Assembly: GCA_030430245.1 (NCBI GenBank)
Contig: JAUIFY010000003.1
Location: 1-58,721 of the forward strand
Reading direction: 5' to 3'
DNA: 58,721 nt
Source: a bacterium
Lineage (GTDB): Bacteria; Desulfobacterota; Binatia; UBA12015
The notes under the pieces were generated by a model. That model did not search any database. It saw only the letters and a list, made by a program, of their open reading frames with translations, and had not been told where the DNA came from. The position numbers and the translations under genes are program-made. The number at the start of each line of letters is the position of its first letter. Positions within the stretch are counted from its first letter, which is position 1. Positions 17,570 through 26,298 of the stretch are shown here, one piece after another.

Positions 17570-18373
17570 CTACTCGCCGCGGAAGACCGGGTCGCGCTTC
17601 TCCAGAAACGCCCTCGGTCCCTCGGCGGCGTCCTTCGACGTCATCACGGTCATCCCGTGCTTCTGCTCGATCTCGAACGCCTCTTCCTCCGGAAGCGTTT
17701 CGGTCTGCCGGAGCACCGCGACGATGGCCTTCACGGCGAGGGGCCCGTTCTTCGAGATGCGCTCGGCGATCTCGCGCGCCTTCGCCAGCGCCTGCCCATC
17801 CGGAACGACGTGGTTGACGAGGCCGAGCTCGTGCGCACGCTTCGCCGGCAGGTCGTCGCCGCAGATCAGCATCTCGGCCGCGACCGCGTAGCCGATCTGG
17901 CGGCGGAGCCGGACGGCCGATCCGGCCATCGGGAACAAGCCACGCTGGACCTCGGTCACGCCGAAGACCGCGCTCTCGCCCGCGACGCGGATGTCGGTTC
18001 CCTGCAAGATCTCGGTCCCGCCCGCGCGGGCGAAGCCCTCGGCCGCGAGGATCACGGGCTTCGTCGGTCGGTAGGTCTTGAGCCAGGCGCCGTAGATGAT
18101 CGGGAAATCCTTCATGACCCGCTCCATCCATTCGTTCTCGGGCTTGCCGCTGCCGAGCTTGTTGATCTCGCTCAGGTCCATTCCCGCGCAGAACGTGGTG
18201 CCCCGACCGGTCAGGATCGCGACCCGCAGCTCGTCGTCCTCGTCGAGCTGGTGCCAGGCGTCGTATAGCCGGCACATCACCTCGCAGTTCACGGCGTTGC
18301 GCTTCTCGGGGCGGTTCAGGGTGACGGTGAGGACGTGTCCGTCCTTCTCGACGATGACTGCGGGTTCGGCCAC
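17570..18373 (-). CDS. Enoyl-CoA hydratase/isomerase (crotonase) family
   Basis: GTG start at 18373 with AGGAGA 7 nt upstream. Motifs LNRPEKRNAVN, GRGTTFCAGMDL (oxyanion hole) and AAEGFARAGGTEI. Confidence 0.85.
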   Translation of the reverse strand: MAEPAVIVEKDGHVLTVTLNRPEKRNAVNCEVMCRLYDAWHQLDEDDELRVAILTGRGTTFCAGMDLSEINKLGSGKPENEWMERVMKDFPIIYGAWLKTYRPTKPVILAAEGFARAGGTEILQGTDIRVAGESAVFGVTEVQRGLFPMAGSAVRLRRQIGYAVAAEMLICGDDLPAKRAHELGLVNHVVPDGQALAKAREIAERISKNGPLAVKAIVAVLRQTETLPEEEAFEIEQKHGMTVMTSKDAAEGPRAFLEKRDPVFRGE

Positions 18374-18514
18374 GGGCGATTCTCCTACGGCAAAGAGTGG
18401 AAAGGCGAGCTCGACCAGATACCGGGCGCTCCCCACATCCTCAAATCCGATGGAGCCACGCGCGGGACGGCTCGCGTTGAGCCCGGCCGGCGCGCGGGCT
18501 AATCGACATCAGCA

Positions 18515-20149
18515 ATGGAGCCGAATCTCGCAGCGGTCGCCGAGGCGATCGCGGGAGCCCTCGTCGATCGTCCCGCGATCCTCTGGCGAGATCGCGTCGT
18601 CACCTACGCGGCGCTGAACGATCGAACGCGACGGCTGGCGAATCATCTGCTCGCACGAGGACTGCGCGTGCATCGCGAGCGCGGCGCGCTGGCCCCGTGG
18701 GAGTCCGGGCAGGATCACGTCGCGCTCCTGCTCTACAACTGCCCCGAGTACCTCGAAGGCATGGTCGGCTCGTACAAGGCGCGCTGCGCGCCGGTGAACG
18801 TCAATTATCGGTACACCGCTCGGGAGCTGGCCGACCTCCTGCGGGACGCCCGCGCTCGCGCGCTCGTGTACCACGCGAGCTTCGCGCCCACGATCGCGCA
18901 GATCCGCGGCGAGCTTCCCGACCTCGAAGTGCTGCTTCAAGTGCCGGACGAGTCGGGCGAGGACGTGCTCCCCGGAGCACTCGACTACGAGGAGGCGCTC
19001 GCCGCATCGTCTCCCGAGCGTCCGGATCTCGCCTGGTCTCCCGACGATCTCTACGTGCTCTATACCGGTGGTACGACCGGACGACCGAAGGGAGTCCTCT
19101 GGCGTCAAGCCGACGTCTTCTTCGGAGCGCTCGGCGGCCGCAGGCCGGACGGCGCGGAGACCGAATCGGTCGAGGAGGTCGTGGAGACGGCGCGGAAGGG
19201 CCGCCTTCGCTTCATGCCGACCGGCCCGTTGATGCACGCGTCGCACTGGATCGCCTTCGATGCGCTCCATCACGGGCACACCGTCGTCCTGCAGGACGAC
19301 ACGCGCCATCTGGATGCGGCCGACGTTCTGTCGGCGGTCGTGCGCCACGGGGTGAACATCCTGATCATCATCGGGGACGCCTTCGGCCGCCCGCTCCTCG
19401 AAGAGCTGAAGCGCGGCGACTACGACGTCTCGAGTCTACGCATGCTCGGCAGCGGCGGGGCCTCTCTCGACGCGGGGCTCAAACAGGAGCTTCTCGCACT
19501 CCTCCCCGCGAAGGCGAAGATCCTCGATACGATGGGCTCTTCCGAGACCGGGACGCAGGCGTCGCGCGCGAGTCGCCGCGGCGCCGACCATGGACGCGCC
19601 TTCCGACCGAGCGCGGGGACGTGCATCCTGAGCGAGGATCGGACGCGCAGGATCGAGCCCGGCGCGGACGAGATCGGCTGGCTCGCCCGGTCCGGGCGCG
19701 TGCCGCTGGGCTACCTGAACGACCGGGAGAAGACCGCGCGGACCTTCCCCGAGCTCGACGGCGTGCGGCACTCCGTTCCCGGAGATCGGGCCAGGTTCGA
19801 TCCGGATGGGCAGATCGAGGTTCTCGGTCGCGATTCGTCCACGATCAACTCGGGTGGGGAGAAGATTTACGCGGAAGAGGTGGAGGAGGCGCTCAAGCGT
19901 CATCCCGCGGTCTACGACGCGATCGTGTGCGGACGCCCGAGCGAGCGGTGGGGAAGCGAGGTCGCGGCGGTCGTTCGCCTGCACCCGGGGACGCGCGTCA
20001 CCGCCGAGGAGCTGAAGGATGGGTGTCGCGAGCACCTCGCGCGGTACAAGGTTCCGCGGACGATCGTCTTCCGCGACGAGATCCGACGCAGCCCGGCCGG
20101 CAAGCCGGACTATCCCTGGGCCCGGGCTCAGGTCGCCGGCGCCGACTAG
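18515..20149 (+). CDS. Acyl-CoA synthetase / AMP-dependent ligase (FadD-like)
   Basis: AMP-binding P-loop YTGGTTGRPKGV, plus GDRARFDPDG, GGEKIY, and a C-terminal PRTIVFRDEIRRSPAGKPD. Confidence 0.85.
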   Translation: MEPNLAAVAEAIAGALVDRPAILWRDRVVTYAALNDRTRRLANHLLARGLRVHRERGALAPWESGQDHVALLLYNCPEYLEGMVGSYKARCAPVNVNYRYTARELADLLRDARARALVYHASFAPTIAQIRGELPDLEVLLQVPDESGEDVLPGALDYEEALAASSPERPDLAWSPDDLYVLYTGGTTGRPKGVLWRQADVFFGALGGRRPDGAETESVEEVVETARKGRLRFMPTGPLMHASHWIAFDALHHGHTVVLQDDTRHLDAADVLSAVVRHGVNILIIIGDAFGRPLLEELKRGDYDVSSLRMLGSGGASLDAGLKQELLALLPAKAKILDTMGSSETGTQASRASRRGADHGRAFRPSAGTCILSEDRTRRIEPGADEIGWLARSGRVPLGYLNDREKTARTFPELDGVRHSVPGDRARFDPDGQIEVLGRDSSTINSGGEKIYAEEVEEALKRHPAVYDAIVCGRPSERWGSEVAAVVRLHPGTRVTAEELKDGCREHLARYKVPRTIVFRDEIRRSPAGKPDYPWARAQVAGAD

Positions 20150-20186
20150 CTCCCGATCGTTTCTGGCGGCAGCCCGGAGGACGTGT

Positions 20187-21470
20187 ATGCCTTTCCGAGT
20201 CCGAGATTTGGTGAACGACGAGGCGACCCTGATCAGTCGTCGTGCGTGGAGCGACCCCGCCGTCTATGAGCTCGAGAAGCGTGGGATCTTCGGGCGCGCC
20301 TGGCTCTTTCTCGCGCACGAGTCGCAGATTCGAAACCCCGGCGACTACGTACAGGCGTACATGTGCGAGACGCCCATCATCGTCGCTCGCGGAGCCGACC
20401 TCGGCATTCATGCGAGCGTCAACAGCTGCACCCACCGTGGGCTGCCGGTCTGTCGCACGGATCACGGCAACACCAACGGGTTCGTGTGTCCCTATCACGC
20501 GTGGAGTTACGACGTGACGGGACGGCTCCGGGGAATCCCTCAGGAGCGCCAGGTGAAGAAGCGGCCCGACAAGCGCAAGCTCGGGTTGAAGAAGGTGCCC
20601 CGGGTCGAGACCTGGAACGGGATGATCTTCGGAAGCTTCGCCGAGGGCATCGAGCCGCTCGAAGACTATCTCGGCGACATGAGGTTCTACCTCGGAGCGT
20701 TTTTCGACCGCTTTCCCGAAGGCGTCGAGTTCGTGGGAGCGCCGCAGCGTTGGGTGATCGACGCCAACTGGAAGCTCCCGATGGAGAACCAACTCGGCGA
20801 CGTGAACCACGGTCCCTTCCTGCACGCATCGATCGTGCCACCGGAAGCGAATCAGGAGATCGTCGATCACGGCTTCAGCGTGGTGCCCGGTGCGGGCCAC
20901 GGTGCGACTTTTCGGCTCATGCCGGAGGATACGCCGATCGAGCAGGTCGCCTGGGGGTTCGAGGCGATGCCGAGTCTCCTGGGCGGCCCCGAGGTGCACG
21001 AGTATCTGCGCGAGATCCACGCGCGCGCGGCCGAACGCGTCGGCCCGCTCCGGTCTCGCATCAAGGGCCTCACGTTCGGTGTCTACCCGAACCTCTCGTT
21101 CTTGTGGTCGAACACCGCGTTCAAGGTGAGCCATCCGCGTGGGCCGGGAAAGGTCGAGTACTGGTCCTGGTCCGTCGTGCCGGCGGACGCCCCCGAGTCG
21201 ATCAAGAAGGTGTTGCGGGGCAACCACACATCCTTCTTCGGTCCCGGAGGCATCCTCGAGCAGGAGGACTCGGAGGCGTGGATGCAGCAGTTTCGCGGCG
21301 CCAACATCGACTTCGCCGACGATCGACCGTTCTTCTACGGGCTCGGCGAAGGCGAGGAGGGTCCGCACCCCGACATGCCGGGCCTCGTGAGCTCGACCGC
21401 GAACGAGTTCTACGCGCGACAGTTCTTCCAGCGATGGCGTGCGGCGCTCGAGGCGGTGGAGGAGGCGTGA
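20187..21470 (+). CDS. Rieske non-heme iron aromatic-ring-hydroxylating oxygenase, alpha subunit
   Basis: Rieske motif CTHRG...CPYHAWSY. Mononuclear-iron His pair NHGPFLH. ATG at 20187 (MPFRVRDLVNDE). Confidence 0.9.
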   Translation: MPFRVRDLVNDEATLISRRAWSDPAVYELEKRGIFGRAWLFLAHESQIRNPGDYVQAYMCETPIIVARGADLGIHASVNSCTHRGLPVCRTDHGNTNGFVCPYHAWSYDVTGRLRGIPQERQVKKRPDKRKLGLKKVPRVETWNGMIFGSFAEGIEPLEDYLGDMRFYLGAFFDRFPEGVEFVGAPQRWVIDANWKLPMENQLGDVNHGPFLHASIVPPEANQEIVDHGFSVVPGAGHGATFRLMPEDTPIEQVAWGFEAMPSLLGGPEVHEYLREIHARAAERVGPLRSRIKGLTFGVYPNLSFLWSNTAFKVSHPRGPGKVEYWSWSVVPADAPESIKKVLRGNHTSFFGPGGILEQEDSEAWMQQFRGANIDFADDRPFFYGLGEGEEGPHPDMPGLVSSTANEFYARQFFQRWRAALEAVEEA

Positions 21471-22027
21471 TGCCGCGCGTCGCGGGCGTGACGCCCGAGC
21501 TCCAACACCGGGTCGAGCAGTTCTACTATCGCGAGGCCCGGCTCCTGGACGGCCGCCGGTACCAGACGTGGCTCGGCCTCTGTACGGAGGACATCCGCTA
21601 CGTGATGCCGGGGCGAACGAACCCCCTCGTCGACAACGCCGAGCGCGGACGAGAGGAGATGATCAGCGTCGAGCGCGAGCTCGAAGACTCCGATTCCGCC
21701 GGCCTCCCCATTCGCGACGAGAGCTACCCGTACCTGGCCATGCGGGTGCAGCGCGCGTATGCGCCGAACTCCTGGGCCGACAACCCGCCCGCGCGCACGC
21801 GACGCATCATCGGAAACGTGGAGATCCGGTCCGCATCGGACGACGCCCTCGAAGTCGTGAGCAACTTCCACCTGTTCTTCAGTCGCCCGGGCAGCTCGAA
21901 CTTCCTCTATGCCGGCCAGCGGCGGGACGTCTTGCGGCGCGTCGAGGACGATCTCCGCATCGCCGCGCGCGTGATCGTCATGGACGTCGCCGACATCCAG
22001 GTTCCGACCCTGGGGCTGTTCTTCTGA
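21470..22027 (+). CDS. Ring-hydroxylating oxygenase, beta subunit (SnoaL/NTF2-like)
   Basis: The ATG overlaps the alpha-subunit stop by 1 nt (GTGATG). QFYYREARLLDGRRYQTWLGLCTEDIRYVMP is typical of beta subunits. Confidence 0.85.
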   Translation: MPRVAGVTPELQHRVEQFYYREARLLDGRRYQTWLGLCTEDIRYVMPGRTNPLVDNAERGREEMISVERELEDSDSAGLPIRDESYPYLAMRVQRAYAPNSWADNPPARTRRIIGNVEIRSASDDALEVVSNFHLFFSRPGSSNFLYAGQRRDVLRRVEDDLRIAARVIVMDVADIQVPTLGLFF

Positions 22028-22054
22028 GGCCCTGGTGGGCTAGAAGTCGCGGCC

Positions 22055-22528
22055 GTGTCCGAAGACCAGAGCGCCGAGGTTTCCTGGACGCCTCCGCGAT
22101 GGCTCATCCCGTGGATCACGCGGCTGCAGGTCGCGATCTACGAGCTCAGCCGGGGGCGGCTGCTGAGCAACGCGTCGGGGATGCCGCACATCGTCATTCG
22201 CGGGATCCGTCGAAAGTCCGGCACGACGTTCGCGGTCTGCCTCCCGTACTGGCGCGATGACGATGGCCACCGCATCGTCGTCGCCTCGTTCGCCGGTGCT
22301 CCCCGAAACCCGGCCTGGTACCACAATCTGAAGGACCGGCGAGCCAATCCGACGGCGCGCGTCCGCGACTGCGAACGGGTCTTCGACGTCCGGGTCGAGG
22401 TGGTCGACGATGGCGAGCGAGACGCGATCTGGAAGCGGCTCGTCGCGGATCGGCCCTTCTACGCCCGCTACCAGGAGCAGACGGAGCGCCGGATTCCCCT
22501 GCTGCGCCTCGTCGAAGAGGGCTCGTGA
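22055..22528 (+). CDS. Nitroreductase/quinone reductase family protein (Ddn-like, deazaflavin-dependent; DUF385-type)
   Basis: Family hallmark RRKSGTTFAVCLPYW...VVASFAGAPRNPAWYHNLKDRRANP. Confidence 0.75.
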   Translation: MSEDQSAEVSWTPPRWLIPWITRLQVAIYELSRGRLLSNASGMPHIVIRGIRRKSGTTFAVCLPYWRDDDGHRIVVASFAGAPRNPAWYHNLKDRRANPTARVRDCERVFDVRVEVVDDGERDAIWKRLVADRPFYARYQEQTERRIPLLRLVEEGS

Positions 22529-22605
22529 ACGGCGGCACGCGCTGCAATCGCCGGTCGCACGGGCTATGAAGCGAAGCGACCCCGGAACTACGCGAGGAGA
22601 TCCCC

Positions 22606-23370
22606 ATGGCCACGTATGCAATGACGGGCGGCGCCACCGGCATCGGGGCGGCGTTGAAGGAGCAGCTGAGACAGCAGGGCGACACCGTGATCGTGGTGGA
22701 CATCAAGGACGCCGACGTCGTCGCCGATCTCTCCACGGCGGAGGGCCGCACGGCTGCGGTCGACGGGATCCGCGCCAAGGCGCCGGATGGCCTCGACGGA
22801 TTCGTCCCGTGCGCCGGGCTCGGCCCCCACGTCGGCAATCCGGGGCTGGTGGCTCGCGTGAACTACTTCGGAGTCATCGCCACGGTGGAAGGCGTGCGGG
22901 ATCTGCTGGAGAAGAGGAGGGGAAGCATCTGCTTCGTCTCGTCCAACTCCGCCCCGATGATCGCCTCGGATGATCCGTTCGTTCGGCTTCTTCTCTCCGG
23001 CGACGAGGACGCCGCTTGCGCCGACGTCGACGCCAAGGACGGTCAGACCGCCTACGCGGGCTCGAAGCGCGCCGTCACGATCTGGATGCGTCGGAACGTG
23101 AAGGAATACGCCGGGGGCGGTGTGCGGATGAACGCGGTCGCGCCGGGGATCACCCGGACGCCGATGACCGACGCGGGAATGGAGAGCAAGGACTACGGCG
23201 AGGCCATGAGGATGTTCGAGCAGATGACGCCGGTCGGCGGCTCCGCCGAGCCGCCCCAGATCGCCAACGCCATGCGCTTCCTGCTCGGCCCCGACGCGAG
23301 CTTCGTCTGCGGGGCGGTGCTCTTCGCAGACGGCGGCACCGACGCCCTGATGCGACCAAACGACTTCTAG
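22606..23370 (+). CDS. SDR resembling 3-alpha-hydroxysteroid dehydrogenase/carbonyl reductase
   Basis: Motifs TGGATGIGAAL, DIKDADVVADLSTAEGR, VPCAGLGP, VNYFG, YAGSKRA and the C-terminal GGTDALMRPNDF. This matches my recollection of the Comamonas-type 3-alpha-HSD architecture. Confidence 0.75.
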   Translation: MATYAMTGGATGIGAALKEQLRQQGDTVIVVDIKDADVVADLSTAEGRTAAVDGIRAKAPDGLDGFVPCAGLGPHVGNPGLVARVNYFGVIATVEGVRDLLEKRRGSICFVSSNSAPMIASDDPFVRLLLSGDEDAACADVDAKDGQTAYAGSKRAVTIWMRRNVKEYAGGGVRMNAVAPGITRTPMTDAGMESKDYGEAMRMFEQMTPVGGSAEPPQIANAMRFLLGPDASFVCGAVLFADGGTDALMRPNDF

Positions 23371-23384
23371 GAGGGCCGGTGGCG

Positions 23385-23831
23385 ATGTCGGCCGATCGCG
23401 AGAGTCTGGGTCTCCCCCCGATCGATCAGGTCGGGTTCGTCGTCCAGTCGGTCGACGAGGCGGAGAAGCGCTACGGACCGTTGTTCGGACCCTTCACACG
23501 GATGGACGGCTCCGTCCAGGGCGCGGACTACCGCGGCCGCGTCCGCGACGTGCAGCTGCAGCTCCTGTTCGGTCGATCCGGCGACGTCGAGATCGAGTTC
23601 ATCGAGTGGAGAGGCGGCGAGAGCCCGCATTCCGAGTTCATCCAGGCCGGGCGGGAGGGGCTGCACCATCTGCGCTACCGGGTCGACGATACGGACGCGT
23701 GGATCCGCAAGCTCGGGACCGTCGGCTACGAGCCCATCTGGTACAAGAAGCTCACGCCCGAGATCGTCTTCGCCTACCTCGAGCGGGAGTCCGATCCGCT
23801 GCTCCTCGAGCTTCTGCAGATGCCGGTCTGA
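23385..23831 (+). CDS. VOC (glyoxalase/bleomycin-resistance/extradiol dioxygenase) family protein
   Basis: IDQVGFVVQSVDEAEKRY, EIEFIEW and GLHHLRYRV are beta-alpha-beta-beta-beta module signatures. ATG at 23385. Confidence 0.75.
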   Translation: MSADRESLGLPPIDQVGFVVQSVDEAEKRYGPLFGPFTRMDGSVQGADYRGRVRDVQLQLLFGRSGDVEIEFIEWRGGESPHSEFIQAGREGLHHLRYRVDDTDAWIRKLGTVGYEPIWYKKLTPEIVFAYLERESDPLLLELLQMPV

Positions 23832-24043
23832 TGGACGTGCGCGCGGAGCGGCTCTCTCGCGCGCTCGCCCGGGCGAGCGACGAGATGGGCCTCCAGGAGC
23901 ACTATCGCGATCTCGTGCGTCCGATCCTCCGGATGCCGCGGGAGCGGTGGCCGGAGTGCTGTGCCGGGCACTGCGAGCCGTGTACGCAGACGCTGGTCGC
24001 GGTCGGGGACCGCGTGCGCGAGATCCTCGCCGAAGAATCGTAG
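23831..24043 (+). CDS. 70-aa Cys-motif protein (oxidoreductase-like CCxxxCxxC domain)
   Basis: The ATG overlaps the VOC stop by 1 nt (CTGATG). Motif RWPECCAGHCEPC. The remainder is helical and charged. Confidence 0.5.
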   Translation: MDVRAERLSRALARASDEMGLQEHYRDLVRPILRMPRERWPECCAGHCEPCTQTLVAVGDRVREILAEES

Positions 24044-24048
24044 TCGAC

Positions 24049-24882
24049 TCAGGATCGCCCGGCGTCCGTCGCGACGACCCGCACTGCGACCTGCTCGCCG
24101 TCGGGGACCCAGCCGATGTACTCGTACTCGACGCCGTGTCGAGCGACGAACTCTTGGAAGGCGCGGAACTCGCCCTGCTGCCATCCCGGGTACCCGGTGA
24201 ACTCGTCGAAGACGAGGATCGTGCCGGGTCGGATCCGGTCGGCCAGCCCTCCGAAGACGGTGCGCGTCGACGAGTAGAGGTCCGCATCGAAATGGACCAA
24301 GGCGGCCGGGCCCGGAACCGAGTCGAGGAAGCCGGGAAGAGTCTCGTCGAACCAGCCCTCGTGCAAGACCACGTTGTCGCGGACCCGGGGCAGTCCGTCC
24401 ATGCGAAACGTGCCCTTCTCGAACCCTTCCCGCCAGTTCTCGGGAAGACCGTCGAAGGAGTCGAAGCCGTGGACCGTCCGGGTCGTCTTGCCTGCGATGT
24501 GGTTGATCGTCTCGCCGCGGTAGACGCCGAATTCCGCGACGAACCCGGGGCCGTCGATCTCGTCCACGGCGTGGCGAAGCAGCGCGAGCTTGTTCGGAAA
24601 CGCTTCGGCCGCGAGCAGGTTCGCGTTCGCGAACGCGGCGGACGATCGTCGGGCCGCCTCGAGGCGGTAGAACCGCGGCTCCCGTAGGGTCACGGTCGTG
24701 TCGACCCCGTACTCGATCCGCTCCAACGTGGTGCGCGTCTCCAGGTAACCCAGGAGGGAGACCGCGAGGGCCCCGCCGGCGAGAATCGTCGTGAGGCCGA
24801 GCAGGAACCCCTGCCGGATCCCGGCCGGACGGGCGGTTTCCCGCACGCGTTCGGCCGGGCTCGCTGTCGTGGTGCTTGCCAT
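24049..24882 (-). CDS. Class I SAM-dependent methyltransferase, TylF/macrocin-O-methyltransferase-like, with N-terminal membrane anchor
   Basis: ATG at 24882 (MASTTTASP). TM segment GFLLGLTTILAGGALAVSLLGYL. Motifs FGVYRGETI, GFDSFDGLPENW, HFDADLYSST and ILVFDEF. Confidence 0.75.
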   Translation of the reverse strand: MASTTTASPAERVRETARPAGIRQGFLLGLTTILAGGALAVSLLGYLETRTTLERIEYGVDTTVTLREPRFYRLEAARRSSAAFANANLLAAEAFPNKLALLRHAVDEIDGPGFVAEFGVYRGETINHIAGKTTRTVHGFDSFDGLPENWREGFEKGTFRMDGLPRVRDNVVLHEGWFDETLPGFLDSVPGPAALVHFDADLYSSTRTVFGGLADRIRPGTILVFDEFTGYPGWQQGEFRAFQEFVARHGVEYEYIGWVPDGEQVAVRVVATDAGRS

Positions 24883-24967
24883 GCGCCGTATCTCCCCCTT
24901 GCGCTGGATCGACCGGGGAGCATCGGGACTTGAGCTTCCGAGCCTGGACGGAGGCCGTCGCCGCCGG

Positions 24968-25567
24968 TCAGGGCACGAGCAGCTTGGCGACGACGTCGGC
25001 GTGAGCCTCGACGAAGTCCTTCTGCGAAGGCTCGAGCCCCCACAGGCGACGCACCTCGGGGCCGATGGCGAAGGGCAGGGAGCCAGCTCCGGCCAACGCG
25101 TAGTGGAGGTGCGGGGCCAGCGCGCCGTTGCGCTTCCCGGCCCAGAGGCCGTCACGGAAGACGTTTTCGTACATCGGACGAAGATGCGTCTTCACGAGCC
25201 AGCGCGTTCGTGCGTCGTCGTGCTTGCCCTGCTCGACCATCAGACGAAAGAGCTCGGGGTGCGCGGCGGTGAACCGCACGTACTCGCGGATCACCTCGCG
25301 CGCGAATTCCCGCGGATCCTTCTCCTCGATCGAGGCGAGGCGTGTGCCGAGCTTCCGCTCGAGGAGCTCGAAGATGCCGCCGACCGCCGCCTTCCACAGC
25401 TCGTCCTTGGTCCGGAAGTGGTAGGTGATGAGCCCCTGCGTCGTGTTCGCCCGGGCCGCGATGTCCCGTGTGCTCGCCGCCTTGAAGCCCAGCTCCGAGA
25501 ACGCGTCCCGGGCGGCCTCGAGGATCCTCTCGCGCGTCTCTTCGCGCTGCTCGGCTCGCGTCGTCAT
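24968..25567 (-). CDS. TetR/AcrR family transcriptional regulator
   Basis: N-terminal HTH: RERILEAARDAFSELGFKAASTRDIAARANTTQGLITYHFRTKDELW. Confidence 0.9.
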   Translation of the reverse strand: MTTRAEQREETRERILEAARDAFSELGFKAASTRDIAARANTTQGLITYHFRTKDELWKAAVGGIFELLERKLGTRLASIEEKDPREFAREVIREYVRFTAAHPELFRLMVEQGKHDDARTRWLVKTHLRPMYENVFRDGLWAGKRNGALAPHLHYALAGAGSLPFAIGPEVRRLWGLEPSQKDFVEAHADVVAKLLVP

Positions 25568-25607
25568 CGATCCTTCCTCATCGCCGTCGTAGCTTTTCGC
25601 AGTTCAC

Positions 25608-25636
25608 TTGACAAGCGAAGGCCCGCCGCGTACGTT
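25608..25636 (+). promoter_or_regulatory. Candidate sigma70-type promoter for the 25674 gene
   Basis: TTGACA (25608-25613), a 17-nt spacer, then TACGTT (25631-25636). AAGGAG (25661-25666) lies 7 nt before ATG 25674. This rests on sequence pattern only. Confidence 0.35.
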
Positions 25637-25673
25637 CCCTCGCTAGTCGGATGACAAGCCAAGGAGTTCGGAG

Positions 25674-26294
25674 ATGAGCAAGACACCCCGCCTCGCGCCG
25701 ATGACGCCCGACCGGCTCGATGACGAGCAGCGGCTCCTCTACCACGCGGTACTCGCGAGCCCGCGCGGTCAGGGGCCCACGCGACGGTTCATCCTGCGGG
25801 ACGACGGTACTCTGACGGGGCCCTTCGACGCCTGGCTCCGAAGCCCCGTGCTGGGGGGCCTTCTCGAGCGCACCGGCATGGCGCTTCGCGATTCGATCGA
25901 GCTGGAGCCGGCCCCGCGTGAGCTCGCGATCCTCGTGGTGGCCCGGGCATGGAACGCGGACTTCGAGTGGTGGGTCCACAGCATGATCGCGGCGGGCCAG
26001 GGGGTCCCGGGCGAGGTGATCGACGCGATCGCGCATCGGCGAGCCCCCGAGACGCAGGATGCGGTCCTGATCGCCGCGCACGACGTCGCGACCGAGCTCG
26101 TGTACGGCCGGCGCCTTCGGGATTCGACCGCCGCGCGCGCGAGGGACGTCCTCGGCGAGCGCGCCTTCGTCGAGGTGGTCACCCTGGTGGGGTTCTACCA
26201 GCTGGTGTCGGGCGTGCTCGAGAGCTTCCATCCCCCCGGTCCATCCGACGACCTTCCCGTGGTCGGGCCGCCGAAGCTGGACGACGCGGAGTAA
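25674..26294 (+). CDS. Carboxymuconolactone decarboxylase (AhpD-like) family protein
   Basis: PRELAILVVARAWNADFEWWVHSMIAAGQGV and a second AhpD-like repeat FVEVVTLVGFYQLVS. Confidence 0.8.
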   Translation: MSKTPRLAPMTPDRLDDEQRLLYHAVLASPRGQGPTRRFILRDDGTLTGPFDAWLRSPVLGGLLERTGMALRDSIELEPAPRELAILVVARAWNADFEWWVHSMIAAGQGVPGEVIDAIAHRRAPETQDAVLIAAHDVATELVYGRRLRDSTAARARDVLGERAFVEVVTLVGFYQLVSGVLESFHPPGPSDDLPVVGPPKLDDAE

Positions 26295-26298
26295 GGCG

